Origin: an uncultured bacterium
GTDB taxonomy: Bacteria > JAJVIF01 > JAPKYR01
Assembly: GCA_965369865.1 (NCBI GenBank)
Contig: CBDURU010000061.1
Location: 1-20,704, forward strand
Direction: 5' to 3'
Length of the DNA: 20,704 nucleotides
The notes beneath the pieces were generated by a model, which was not told the origin of the DNA, searched no databases, and worked only from the letters and a program-made list of their open reading frames with translations. Positions 1 to 7,766 of this stretch are shown one piece after another. The position numbers were made by a program, and so were the translations under genes. The first letter of the stretch is position 1, and every line of letters begins with the position of its first letter.

Positions 1-109
1 AACCGAGAAACTCCATTATTCATGCGGTGTCGCGCCCTTAAAAATGTGCCATTGGGGACAGATACCATTTTCCTTTAAGCTATCGAACTTTATCTTGAGG
101 ATATCGCAG

Positions 110-682
110 ATGATTGATTTGAGAGAATATAATAAATCAGCAGAACAGTATCGGCCAGACAAAATCCGAGTACTTTTTATCGCCGAATCCCCACCCGCCT
201 ACACCGATAAGGCAAAAAAATCATATTTCTTTTTCGACCCCAATCCCGGAGGGGACATACTTTTTGCGACTATCGTTGAGGCTCTCTATGATGCCAACTA
301 CCGGAAAAGAGATGGTAATAAAGCAGAATGGCTTTCCCGGTTTCAAACTGACGGCCACTGGCTGATCGACGCTGTAGAGCACCCGATTAATCGAGTGAAT
401 GGGAAGAAGGTATCGGAGCGTGATCGTAGTCGGGAGATGCAAGCCAACATCACCAATTTGTTCTCACGCCTTGACGCGCTTCGCCGCGACAAAATCCTCC
501 TGCCTGATGCGGGTATCATTCTCATTAAGAAACTGGTATTTGAAATTCTGGCTCAGCCGTTGTCTCAAGCCGGCTATCGAGTTCTTAACAGCGGCAAGAT
601 AGATTTCCCGAAATATCATAAAGACCGCGACACAATTGAGGGAATTAGGAATGCGCTGGCAGTTTTTGCAGGCCAGAATTAA
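110..682 (+). CDS. Hypothetical protein, uracil-DNA glycosylase (UDG)-like superfamily
   Basis: The ORF track gives 44..682, but ATG at 110 has GAGG at 97-100 upstream and is the likelier start. N-terminal IRVLFIAESPP resembles UDG-superfamily motif A; GHWLIDAVEHPIN and C-terminal IDFP match the usual positions of later motifs. Confidence 0.6.
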   Translation: MIDLREYNKSAEQYRPDKIRVLFIAESPPAYTDKAKKSYFFFDPNPGGDILFATIVEALYDANYRKRDGNKAEWLSRFQTDGHWLIDAVEHPINRVNGKKVSERDRSREMQANITNLFSRLDALRRDKILLPDAGIILIKKLVFEILAQPLSQAGYRVLNSGKIDFPKYHKDRDTIEGIRNALAVFAGQN

Positions 683-767
683 TTTATCATTCCAGAGGGG
701 ACGCCAGTACATGGCCCCACCCTCAACTCAATTCCGTAAACACTAATCAATTTCGTAGACCGGAAAC

Positions 768-1025
768 TTACTTCCCGGGAATTTTTCCATTCTCCAATCT
801 TTTCTTCATTCGATAATCATTCGGATCAAGGCAGGAATCATAAGTGGCGCGATCAATATGGATCCAGTCCGTGCCGTTGATTCCGCGCTGGTTTTGGAAT
901 GTCGGGCTTACCGGGAAAGCCGACGCGATCTTGATCCAGCGGTTCTGATCCCTTGAGATCGCCCTGACCTCATCCGCCACTTCGGTAAGGTCCTGATCCT
1001 GGCTGAATATCAAAGCGACATCGTA
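768..1025 (-). pseudogene. 5'-truncated remnant of a NYN (PIN-fold) domain protein
   Basis: The frame reads YDVALIFSQDQDLTEVADEVRAISRDQNRWIKIASAFP...DWIHIDRATYDSCLDPNDYR, where S-x-D-x-D is the C-terminal acidic NYN motif. An in-frame TAA at 1026-1028 precedes it. No RBS is evident, and only about 24 bp separate it from the thiolase stop. Confidence 0.65.
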
Positions 1026-1049
1026 TTATTTATATCTAACCCTTCTCTA

Positions 1050-2252
1050 TCACGCCCCCGGATTCCTGAACAACCCAGCTATCCCCTGGCCGCCGCCGAT
1101 GCATAAACTGCTGATGCCGTACTTAATATCATTACGCTTCATCTGAAGGAGAAGTGAATAGGTTAACCTCGCTCCGGTCGCTCCTAGCGGATGACCAAGC
1201 GCTACCGATCCTCCCTGCTTGTTTACACTTTCAGAATCTATCCCCAAATCCTTGCAGACTGCAAGCACCTGGCACGCGAAGGCCTCGTTGATTTCAATCA
1301 GACCGACATCATCCAGTGTCAATCCCGCTCGCTCAAGAACCTCTTTAATTGCCGGGGACGGACCGATCCCCATGATTTCCGGCGGCACCCCCACCACCGA
1401 CCACGCGACAAGTTCACCAAGCGGTTCGATCCCATCACGTTCGCACGCTTCCGCAGATCCGATCACCACCGCGCTGGCACCGTCCGCAAGGGGACATGCG
1501 TTACCCGCGGTAACCTGCCCGTCCTTGACAAACGCCGCACGAAGGCTGGAAAGTTTCTCCAATGTCGTCGGACGCGGAGTTTCATCGGCTTCCAGCATCG
1601 CGGTTTCTTTTCTTTTCACTATGTATTCAACCGGCACAATTTCTTCCGCGAGACGACCGTCCTTTTGTGCTTCCGCGGTCAGGGTCTGGCTTCGGACTGC
1701 GTATTTATCTGCATCCTCCCTGGTTATCCCAAACTGCCCGGCGAGTTTTTCAGCAGTCGCTCCCATTCCGAGATCGCAGTACGTGTCGATAAGCCCGTCC
1801 CAGAGGGTGTCGTGCATTTTGCCCTGCCCCAGGCCTAGTCCCGTTCGAAGTCCCCAGATCGAATGCGGGCAGTTGCTCAAACTTTCCGCACCACCGGTGA
1901 GCACATATTCCGCCTCCCCGAAATGGATCATACCCGCGCCGTTAATTGTGGCTTGCAGCGAACCCCCGCACAGCCGGTTGATCATGTAACCGCCTGATTC
2001 GACCGGCAATCCAACCTTCAGCCCGACATGACGTCCCATGTGATGCGCGTCGAGACTCGATGTCGCACGGGTGACAGCCATAATGGTGTGTCCGAATTTT
2101 TCTTTGGGCACCCCGCTCCTCTTAATAGCTTCTTCCGATGCGATTACCGCAAGATCGGTGGCTGTGTACTGTTTCAGGCTGCCTGTAAATTTCCCGCATG
2201 GGGTTCGCGCGCCTTCGATTATCATTACCGGTGGGTCCAATGGAAATGCCAT
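1050..2252 (-). CDS. Thiolase (acetyl-CoA C-acyltransferase)
   Basis: 400 aa. Motifs RTPCGKFTGSL, INRLCGGS (catalytic Cys), EINEAFA, GHPLGATGAR (His) and SSLCIGGGQG (second Cys). RBS-like GAGGAG upstream. Confidence 0.97.
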   Translation of the reverse strand: MAFPLDPPVMIIEGARTPCGKFTGSLKQYTATDLAVIASEEAIKRSGVPKEKFGHTIMAVTRATSSLDAHHMGRHVGLKVGLPVESGGYMINRLCGGSLQATINGAGMIHFGEAEYVLTGGAESLSNCPHSIWGLRTGLGLGQGKMHDTLWDGLIDTYCDLGMGATAEKLAGQFGITREDADKYAVRSQTLTAEAQKDGRLAEEIVPVEYIVKRKETAMLEADETPRPTTLEKLSSLRAAFVKDGQVTAGNACPLADGASAVVIGSAEACERDGIEPLGELVAWSVVGVPPEIMGIGPSPAIKEVLERAGLTLDDVGLIEINEAFACQVLAVCKDLGIDSESVNKQGGSVALGHPLGATGARLTYSLLLQMKRNDIKYGISSLCIGGGQGIAGLFRNPGA

Positions 2253-2264
2253 ATTCTTCTCCTC

Positions 2265-3101
2265 TTATGCTCTTTCATATTCGGGATGTTCTTTAGATTT
2301 TGTAAGGATTTTGGTCGCGCCTTTTACAAAGTCGGCCGTCATCAAATTGTCCGCTGTTTCCGATCCCGTTGAATTAAGGACCTCGCTGAATTCAGGGAAC
2401 AACACCCTGTTCAATGTCCGACGTGTCGACTCGACCGCGTACGGCGCATTCGCTGCGACTTTCCCCGCCCACTTCATCGCTTTCGACATAAGTTCGTCTT
2501 TCGGAAATACCCCCTGCACTATTCCCATCCCCAACGCTTCCTCGGCGTTTACAAACCTTCCCGACAATAAAATGTCCTTCGCATATCCAGCTCCGATTCG
2601 TTTGATCAGCATCTCGGGACCCATCCATCCGGCCATAACACCGATCGTAGGTTCCGGGAATCCGTACATCAATCCAGATTCCTCTTTTCCGCCGGATGCT
2701 CCATATAGAACATCGCAAATTGTGTATAGCTCCGCTCCCCCGCCAAGGCAGAATCCATGTACAAGCCCGATGATTGGACATCTGAGATTAAAAATTTTTC
2801 CTGCCACGAACCGACCGTCACCGATATGCTCCTTTGCGTCCTCTGGCGTCATGTTCGTGTAACCATCATCTGTTTCAACTACCAGTTCATTCAGGTCGGC
2901 ACCGAAAGTCGCGTGCTTCCCTACAGAATGCATTATCACAACACGAATCGATGTGTCATTTTCAATCTCATCGAACTTTTCAGCCAGGGCCTTCAGGAAT
3001 GGCGTATTCAGGGCATTGCCGGCTTCAGGACGGTTCAGTGTCAGAATCGCTATATGCTTGTTATCATCGGATTTTTGTAAGAGTGCTAATTCTTCAGCCA
3101 T
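2265..3101 (-). CDS. Enoyl-CoA hydratase/isomerase (crotonase family)
   Basis: 278 aa. Motifs LTLNRPEAGNALN, FGADL, HGFCLGGGAEL and GFPEPTIG, so both catalytic Glu are present. AAGGAG upstream. Confidence 0.93.
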   Translation of the reverse strand: MAEELALLQKSDDNKHIAILTLNRPEAGNALNTPFLKALAEKFDEIENDTSIRVVIMHSVGKHATFGADLNELVVETDDGYTNMTPEDAKEHIGDGRFVAGKIFNLRCPIIGLVHGFCLGGGAELYTICDVLYGASGGKEESGLMYGFPEPTIGVMAGWMGPEMLIKRIGAGYAKDILLSGRFVNAEEALGMGIVQGVFPKDELMSKAMKWAGKVAANAPYAVESTRRTLNRVLFPEFSEVLNSTGSETADNLMTADFVKGATKILTKSKEHPEYERA

Positions 3102-3113
3102 TGATCTCTCCTT

Positions 3114-3872
3114 TTAAATATACTGCCCGCCGTCGACTGAAATTACCTGCCCTGTGATATGCCCCGCAATATCCGACGCCAGGAATGTCACCAGGTGCGC
3201 GACATCATCGAGTTCCCCGAGCTTATCCATCACTGTTTCGGCTTTCGCGATATCGATCCATTTCTGTTCGAGCTGCTGCGCCATCTCGGTCATGATCATC
3301 CCCGGAGCTACAGCGTTTACAGTCACCTGCGCGCGGCCAAGTTCTCTCGCGACCGTTTTTGTCAGGCCGATGATCCCGGCTTTCGACGCTGAATAATTCG
3401 ACTGGCCGAATTTTCCGCGAAGGCCGTTGATCGACGTGATATTGATTATCCGGCCGTGTTTCTGCTCGCGGAAATACGGGGCGACCGCACGGATATAATT
3501 GAAATAACCTTTCAGGTTGATATCCATGACCTGGTCCCACTGCTCCTCGGTCATTTTCCAGATAGCCGCGTCCCGATTGATCCCGGCGTTGCATACGAGG
3601 ATGTCGATCGAACCGAATTCATCCACCACTTTCTTAACCATCGCTTCCGCGTCTTTCGTAACAGACACATCAGCCTTGACCGCCATTCCCTTGCGTCCCA
3701 TCTTTTCGATCTCTTGAACCACCTGGTTGGCTTCGTCGGCGTGGCGTCGGTAATTGAGCGCGACATTGGCTCCGGCTTTCGCGAGATTGAGCGCGATAGA
3801 AGTGCCGATTCCGATACTTCCCCCGGTGACTATTGCATTTTTTCCTTCTAGGTTCATTTTTGGTAACTCCAT
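3114..3872 (-). CDS. fabG: Short-chain dehydrogenase/reductase, FabG-like (3-oxoacyl-CoA/ACP reductase or 3-hydroxyacyl-CoA dehydrogenase)
   Basis: 252 aa. Motifs TGGSIGIG, CNAGINRD, NYSASKAG (YxxxK), VNAVAPG and ITGQVISVDGG. Basic NYRRH suggests an NADP(H) preference. The symbol denotes family only. Confidence 0.9.
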   Translation of the reverse strand: MELPKMNLEGKNAIVTGGSIGIGTSIALNLAKAGANVALNYRRHADEANQVVQEIEKMGRKGMAVKADVSVTKDAEAMVKKVVDEFGSIDILVCNAGINRDAAIWKMTEEQWDQVMDINLKGYFNYIRAVAPYFREQKHGRIINITSINGLRGKFGQSNYSASKAGIIGLTKTVARELGRAQVTVNAVAPGMIMTEMAQQLEQKWIDIAKAETVMDKLGELDDVAHLVTFLASDIAGHITGQVISVDGGQYI

Positions 3873-3911
3873 TTATGAAATTTACCCAGGTAAAAATTTT
3901 ATCAATCCAAC

Positions 3912-4005
3912 AGCTGGAAGCTGATGGCACTGGCTATCCGATAGCTGGAAGCTAACGGCACTGGTTTTCCGATAGCTGGAAGCTAACGGCACTGGTTACC
4001 CAGCT
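3912..4005. repeat. Intergenic tandem repeat, 3 copies of about 31 bp
   Basis: agctggaagctgatggcactggctatccgat (3912-3942), agctggaagctaacggcactggttttccgat (3943-3973), agctggaagctaacggcactggttacccagct (3974-4005). Confidence 0.95.
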
Positions 4006-4009
4006 CACG

Positions 4010-5056
4010 TTAACCCGATATCTTTATTACCGCACGGCCGGTGATTTTTCCGGCTTCCAAATCATGGAACGCCTGTTCGACTTCATCCAGCTCGTAATAT
4101 TTACTGATCAAAACATCGAATTCGATACCGCCGCTTTCGAGAAGCTTCACAACTTCCGGGAAAAGATGAGTCGGGCATCCCCACGATCCGCCGACACGTT
4201 TTTGTAATCCCATAAAATTCCCGGCTCGGAGTTCGACCTTGTCCATCGTGAATCCGATCACCGCGACCTCTCCGCCTGTGCAAACCGTGTTGAATGCTTC
4301 CGCGATCGTCGATCCATACCCGACACAGTCCATAGCGAGACGGATTCCATCGCCGGACTCTTTCTTCAGTTCCTTGAATAATTTTTCTTTTCCGGTGCTG
4401 TTGATCGTGACAGCTCCGAGTTTCGCCGCCTGCTCGAGGCTTTCATCCCGTACATCAATCCCGTAAAGCCTCTGTGCACCGAGTTCACGAGCCACATTCA
4501 ACGCGGCAAGACCGAGTCCGCCGCATCCGAATACAGCGACCGAATCTCCGGGCATGATCCCAAGGCGTTCTTTTAATGCGTAATAGGTTGTAGAAACCGC
4601 ATCAGCAGCAACACATGCTTTCTGCATATCGACCGATGGATCCATTTTGAACGCGAATTTCGCGGGGATCGATACATATTCTGCATATGCCCCGTCACGG
4701 GTGCCGCCGAGCATGCTTGATTTTCTGCACAAATTATCAAGCCCGCCCATACACATTGCGCATTCACCGCAACCGTACACCGGGGGCAACAGTACATTGT
4801 CGCCTTCCGACAGTTTGTCAACTCCCTCACCGAGTTTCACAACTTTTCCAGCGGCCTCATGTCCGAGGATCAACGGGTAAACCCGCATCTTCTCGGGGAT
4901 TTTGGCCTCGTAGTACGTGACATCGGTATGGCAGAGTCCGTTCGCCGCGACCTCGACAAGCACCTCACCGGGTCCGGGCGTCGGGACGTCGACCTGTTCT
5001 ATTTTGAGTTCTTTCGGTCCATGTAGAACCGCTGCTTTCATTTTATCGGGTATCAT
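4010..5056 (-). CDS. Zn-dependent alcohol dehydrogenase, 6-hydroxycyclohex-1-ene-1-carbonyl-CoA dehydrogenase (Had/BamQ)-like
   Basis: Motifs GLCHTD, LGHE, structural Zn site CGECAMC-x7-C, ADAVST (Asp as third Zn ligand), GCGGLG and GSWGCP. The ADAV and WGCP motifs are typical of Had. Start moved from 5092 to ATG 5056 because TAAGGAG lies at 5070-5064. Confidence 0.85.
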   Translation of the reverse strand: MIPDKMKAAVLHGPKELKIEQVDVPTPGPGEVLVEVAANGLCHTDVTYYEAKIPEKMRVYPLILGHEAAGKVVKLGEGVDKLSEGDNVLLPPVYGCGECAMCMGGLDNLCRKSSMLGGTRDGAYAEYVSIPAKFAFKMDPSVDMQKACVAADAVSTTYYALKERLGIMPGDSVAVFGCGGLGLAALNVARELGAQRLYGIDVRDESLEQAAKLGAVTINSTGKEKLFKELKKESGDGIRLAMDCVGYGSTIAEAFNTVCTGGEVAVIGFTMDKVELRAGNFMGLQKRVGGSWGCPTHLFPEVVKLLESGGIEFDVLISKYYELDEVEQAFHDLEAGKITGRAVIKISG

Positions 5057-5080
5057 TGTTGCACTCCTTATCTCTTCTTG

Positions 5081-5166
5081 AGGGCGCAGCAAGCGGCGCC
5101 CCTACACATTTTTTTCCTGGTAACCGATATTTATATTCTCGGTAGGGGCGCTGCTTGCCGCGCCCT
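5081..5166. repeat. REPIN-like inverted pair of GTAG-type REP sequences
   Basis: agggcgcagcaagcggcgcccctac (5081-5105) and gtaggggcgctgcttgccgcgccct (5142-5166) are reverse complements at 23/25 positions, with a 36-bp AT-rich spacer. Each unit is GTAG plus an imperfect GGGCG...CGCCC palindrome. Confidence 0.85.
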
Positions 5167-5180
5167 GGTTCTTAAAGACA

Positions 5181-6233
5181 TTACTCTACTTTCAAATCCG
5201 CTCCGCATTTACCACAAAAATCAAACTCCAACGGCAGACCTTCAAGGCCGCATTCGGGACATTTATGCACGTACGGTCCGAACAGAAGCTCACTATCCGC
5301 GCCTTCAGCCATCGCTTTCCGAATCGAGTCATAATCGACCGGACGCTTATTCGTAAAGCCGACCATGCCGAAGTACGATTCAATTCCGCCCATATTACGT
5401 GTCAGCGCGTCCTTGGCGAAGCCCATGCTCGTGCCCCATACCATGTTGCCGAAGAAATTCAACTGCTCACGCGTTGATCGTATCTCGCCCGGGAACTGAT
5501 TAAGAGCGTCATGCGCCCACTTATCCACCGTCGCGTCAAGCTCATCGTACGGAACCACCTCATTCACAAGCCCCCACTCCTTGCACTGCTGGGGAAGAAT
5601 CGGACGGTTAAAAAGGAGAATTTCCTTGGCGCGGCGCAAACCAACTACCAACGGCAGATATTGAGTCGCGCCACCAGCCGCGATGCTGCCCACTGTCGCG
5701 CCAACCTGCTTGATGTAGCGAGTTGGAACTTTCCTTCCGTCCTTCTTCTCGATCCAGTCAGCGTCGGCCATGATCGCGACATCGCAGCTAAGGTTCCACT
5801 CGTTGCCGCCGCCGACCACGATACCATTCAAACAGGCGATGCTTGTCTTGCCGGTATTGCGAAGCGCGTCATGCGCCCGGACAAAACAGTTCATCCAATG
5901 CCACATGTCCTGTGATTTCCCCAGCACACATTGGTCGGCATATTCTTTCACGTCCCCGCCTGTACAGAACGCAACATCTCCCACACCGCGCAGTATAATC
6001 ACCCCAACTCGATCATCACTCGCAACATCGTCGAAGGCTACCGTCATCTCCTGGAGTGTCTTCAGGTTATAGGAGTTGTAAACCTCCGGACGGTTGATTG
6101 TGACTTTCGCAATACCATCCTTCTTTTCATACTTGATAAATGTGAAATCAAATTCACTGGCGTCCTTATGCTTAAAAAGCCCGTCCGCCTTTCGTTTCGG
6201 TTTTGGATATTGCATTGGTTCTCTTGGTGTCAT
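5181..6233 (-). CDS. Crotonase-family ring-opening hydrolase, 6-oxocyclohex-1-ene-1-carbonyl-CoA hydrolase (Oah/BamA)-like, with C-terminal zinc ribbon
   Basis: 350 aa. NRPEVYNSY, GVGDVAFCTGGDVKEYA, GGGNEWNLSCD and GSIAAGGATQYLP follow the Oah/MenB branch pattern. The C-terminus is CPECG-x9-CGKCG. GGGAGGA upstream. Confidence 0.75.
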   Translation of the reverse strand: MTPREPMQYPKPKRKADGLFKHKDASEFDFTFIKYEKKDGIAKVTINRPEVYNSYNLKTLQEMTVAFDDVASDDRVGVIILRGVGDVAFCTGGDVKEYADQCVLGKSQDMWHWMNCFVRAHDALRNTGKTSIACLNGIVVGGGNEWNLSCDVAIMADADWIEKKDGRKVPTRYIKQVGATVGSIAAGGATQYLPLVVGLRRAKEILLFNRPILPQQCKEWGLVNEVVPYDELDATVDKWAHDALNQFPGEIRSTREQLNFFGNMVWGTSMGFAKDALTRNMGGIESYFGMVGFTNKRPVDYDSIRKAMAEGADSELLFGPYVHKCPECGLEGLPLEFDFCGKCGADLKVE

Positions 6234-6307
6234 TGGTGTCTCCTCCCTGATTTCTCCAGGGATTTATCAGACCCCTCAATATAAAGGGGCCACTCATACG
6301 TCATTTT

Positions 6308-7291
6308 CTATTTATACAGGTAATCCGGAAATTCATCCGGCGTACGTGTCCCGTTTTGTACTTCCATCGTCATGATCAGCGAAACCATGATCCTGGTCAT
6401 TTCAAGGTTAAGTCCGTCGAACTGTCTTCCAAGTTCCAGGATTTTCCCGCTTATGTATTCAATCTCGGTCGGCCTTTTATTCTGAAGATCGACCGACATG
6501 GACGGATGATGATCTCCACCCATTTCGAGATAACCCATGCACTTCCCCCAGATTCCATCGCCGTATCTGTATCCAAGTTTATTAGCTACTGAAAAACCCT
6601 CTTTTAAAAGCTCACCTGCCATGCTCCGTGTAATTTTCCCCGCCATCGCTTCCCTCATCGTTAAACCGAGAACCCCGCAGGTCGACATTAACGCCGAATT
6701 CAGAGTAGTCTTCAGGAACGCTTTACTTTTTATTGTGAACGAATCGACAAGTTCGCTGGTCAGTCCTGCTGAGTTCAGCATCTCAACCAGTTTCACCAGC
6801 TTTTCATTTGGCTCACCTGCATGCGGGCCGAAGAAATTCGGCGGATTGAACCATGTGAGTTTCGCTTTTCCGTTCTCATCAACGCTACCGGCATAATTAA
6901 CAACCATCCTGCAAACCCGGGCTGGATCGATATATTCAGCGATTTTATCCTCGGTACCAACCCCGTTCTGTACGCTGATTATATTACCGCTGTCTCCGCA
7001 AGCTACCACGACATCCGGCATGATCTTATCAAGGATACATGCCTTGGTCGCGATGAAAATACAATCCGGTTTCAAATCCCTGAGCGACGGAATGGAATCC
7101 ACGGTCGATGCGGGTTGTTCGATTAATTCACCGTTCCAGTCCACCTGCAATCCGTTACCCCCGATTTGATCGATTCGGAAAGGAAGGTCGGCTACGACAA
7201 TTTCCACTCCGGCACGTGCAAGCGATGCGGCAAGAATCGTGCCCACAGGCCCTACTCCGATCGCTCCAATGATTAACTTGTCACCCGGCAT
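6308..7291 (-). CDS. panE: 2-dehydropantoate 2-reductase (ketopantoate reductase, PanE/ApbA family)
   Basis: 327 aa. Motifs GVGPVG, FIATKA, SVQNGVG, KTTLN (catalytic Lys) and PSMSVDLQNKRPTEIEYISG. Confidence 0.88.
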   Translation of the reverse strand: MPGDKLIIGAIGVGPVGTILAASLARAGVEIVVADLPFRIDQIGGNGLQVDWNGELIEQPASTVDSIPSLRDLKPDCIFIATKACILDKIMPDVVVACGDSGNIISVQNGVGTEDKIAEYIDPARVCRMVVNYAGSVDENGKAKLTWFNPPNFFGPHAGEPNEKLVKLVEMLNSAGLTSELVDSFTIKSKAFLKTTLNSALMSTCGVLGLTMREAMAGKITRSMAGELLKEGFSVANKLGYRYGDGIWGKCMGYLEMGGDHHPSMSVDLQNKRPTEIEYISGKILELGRQFDGLNLEMTRIMVSLIMTMEVQNGTRTPDEFPDYLYK

Positions 7292-7328
7292 TTTAATCCC
7301 TGTTTAATTTATTTAGGCAAGGCTGAAA

Positions 7329-7766
7329 TCAGCTTTCAACCTTAACTCCATCCTCAATTTCAACAAATACAATCGCTCCCGTGGAGCATGCCGCGACACA
7401 CGCGGCATCTTCCCGTCCTTCGCACTGGTCGCAGATTATTGCTTTGCCAGTCTTGTGGTCGGGATGAATCCCCTGGTACGGACATACCATTACACACATC
7501 CAGCACCCAATACAACGATCTTCATCGAAAATAATCCGTCCCGTCTCGGGATCTTTCGATAACGCGGCTCCCATACATGCCGCGACACATTCCGGATTTT
7601 CACACACACGGCATACCGCCTGGACCTCGTATCCCTCCAATGGGTTCCTGATAATCCGGATCGCTCCGCGAGTGTCATCCGCCATTCCGGTATGGGCAAT
7701 CGAGCATGCCACAGAACATGCGCGGCACCCGGAGCAGAGCATATGGTTTGTGTAAATCCGTTTCAT
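7329..7766 (-). CDS. 4Fe-4S dicluster/polyferredoxin electron-transfer subunit of the aldehyde oxidoreductase (HydN/DmsB/AorA-like)
   Basis: 145 aa. Cys groups CSGCRACSVAC, CRVCENPECVAAC, CIGCWMCVMVCP and CDQC...CVAAC fit four clusters. The start overlaps the AOR stop (ATGA at 7766-7763). Confidence 0.92.
   Translation of the reverse strand: MKRIYTNHMLCSGCRACSVACSIAHTGMADDTRGAIRIIRNPLEGYEVQAVCRVCENPECVAACMGAALSKDPETGRIIFDEDRCIGCWMCVMVCPYQGIHPDHKTGKAIICDQCEGREDAACVAACSTGAIVFVEIEDGVKVES

Noticed and set aside
695..724. Hairpin GAGGG..GCCA-GTACA-TGGC..CCCTC between convergent genes
   Set aside because: It is imperfect and has no U-tract. It could be a decayed REP or terminator but is too weak to call.
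1191..2862. Long plus-strand ORFs (1191-1838, 1219-1989, 2071-2862)
   Set aside because: They are antisense shadows of the thiolase and crotonase genes, with no recognisable motifs.
2265..3101. Specific call as Dch (cyclohexadiene-carbonyl-CoA hydratase)
   Set aside because: The context fits, but the sequence shows only generic two-glutamate crotonase motifs and cannot be assigned without a phylogeny.
3912..4005. CRISPR array
   Set aside because: The units are contiguous with no unique spacers, and there are no cas genes in the window.
6244..6290. Small hairpins upstream of the oah-like gene (TCCCTG/CAGGGA overlapping the RBS; CCCCT/AGGGG)
   Set aside because: Stems of 5-6 bp are expected by chance, and there is no further support.
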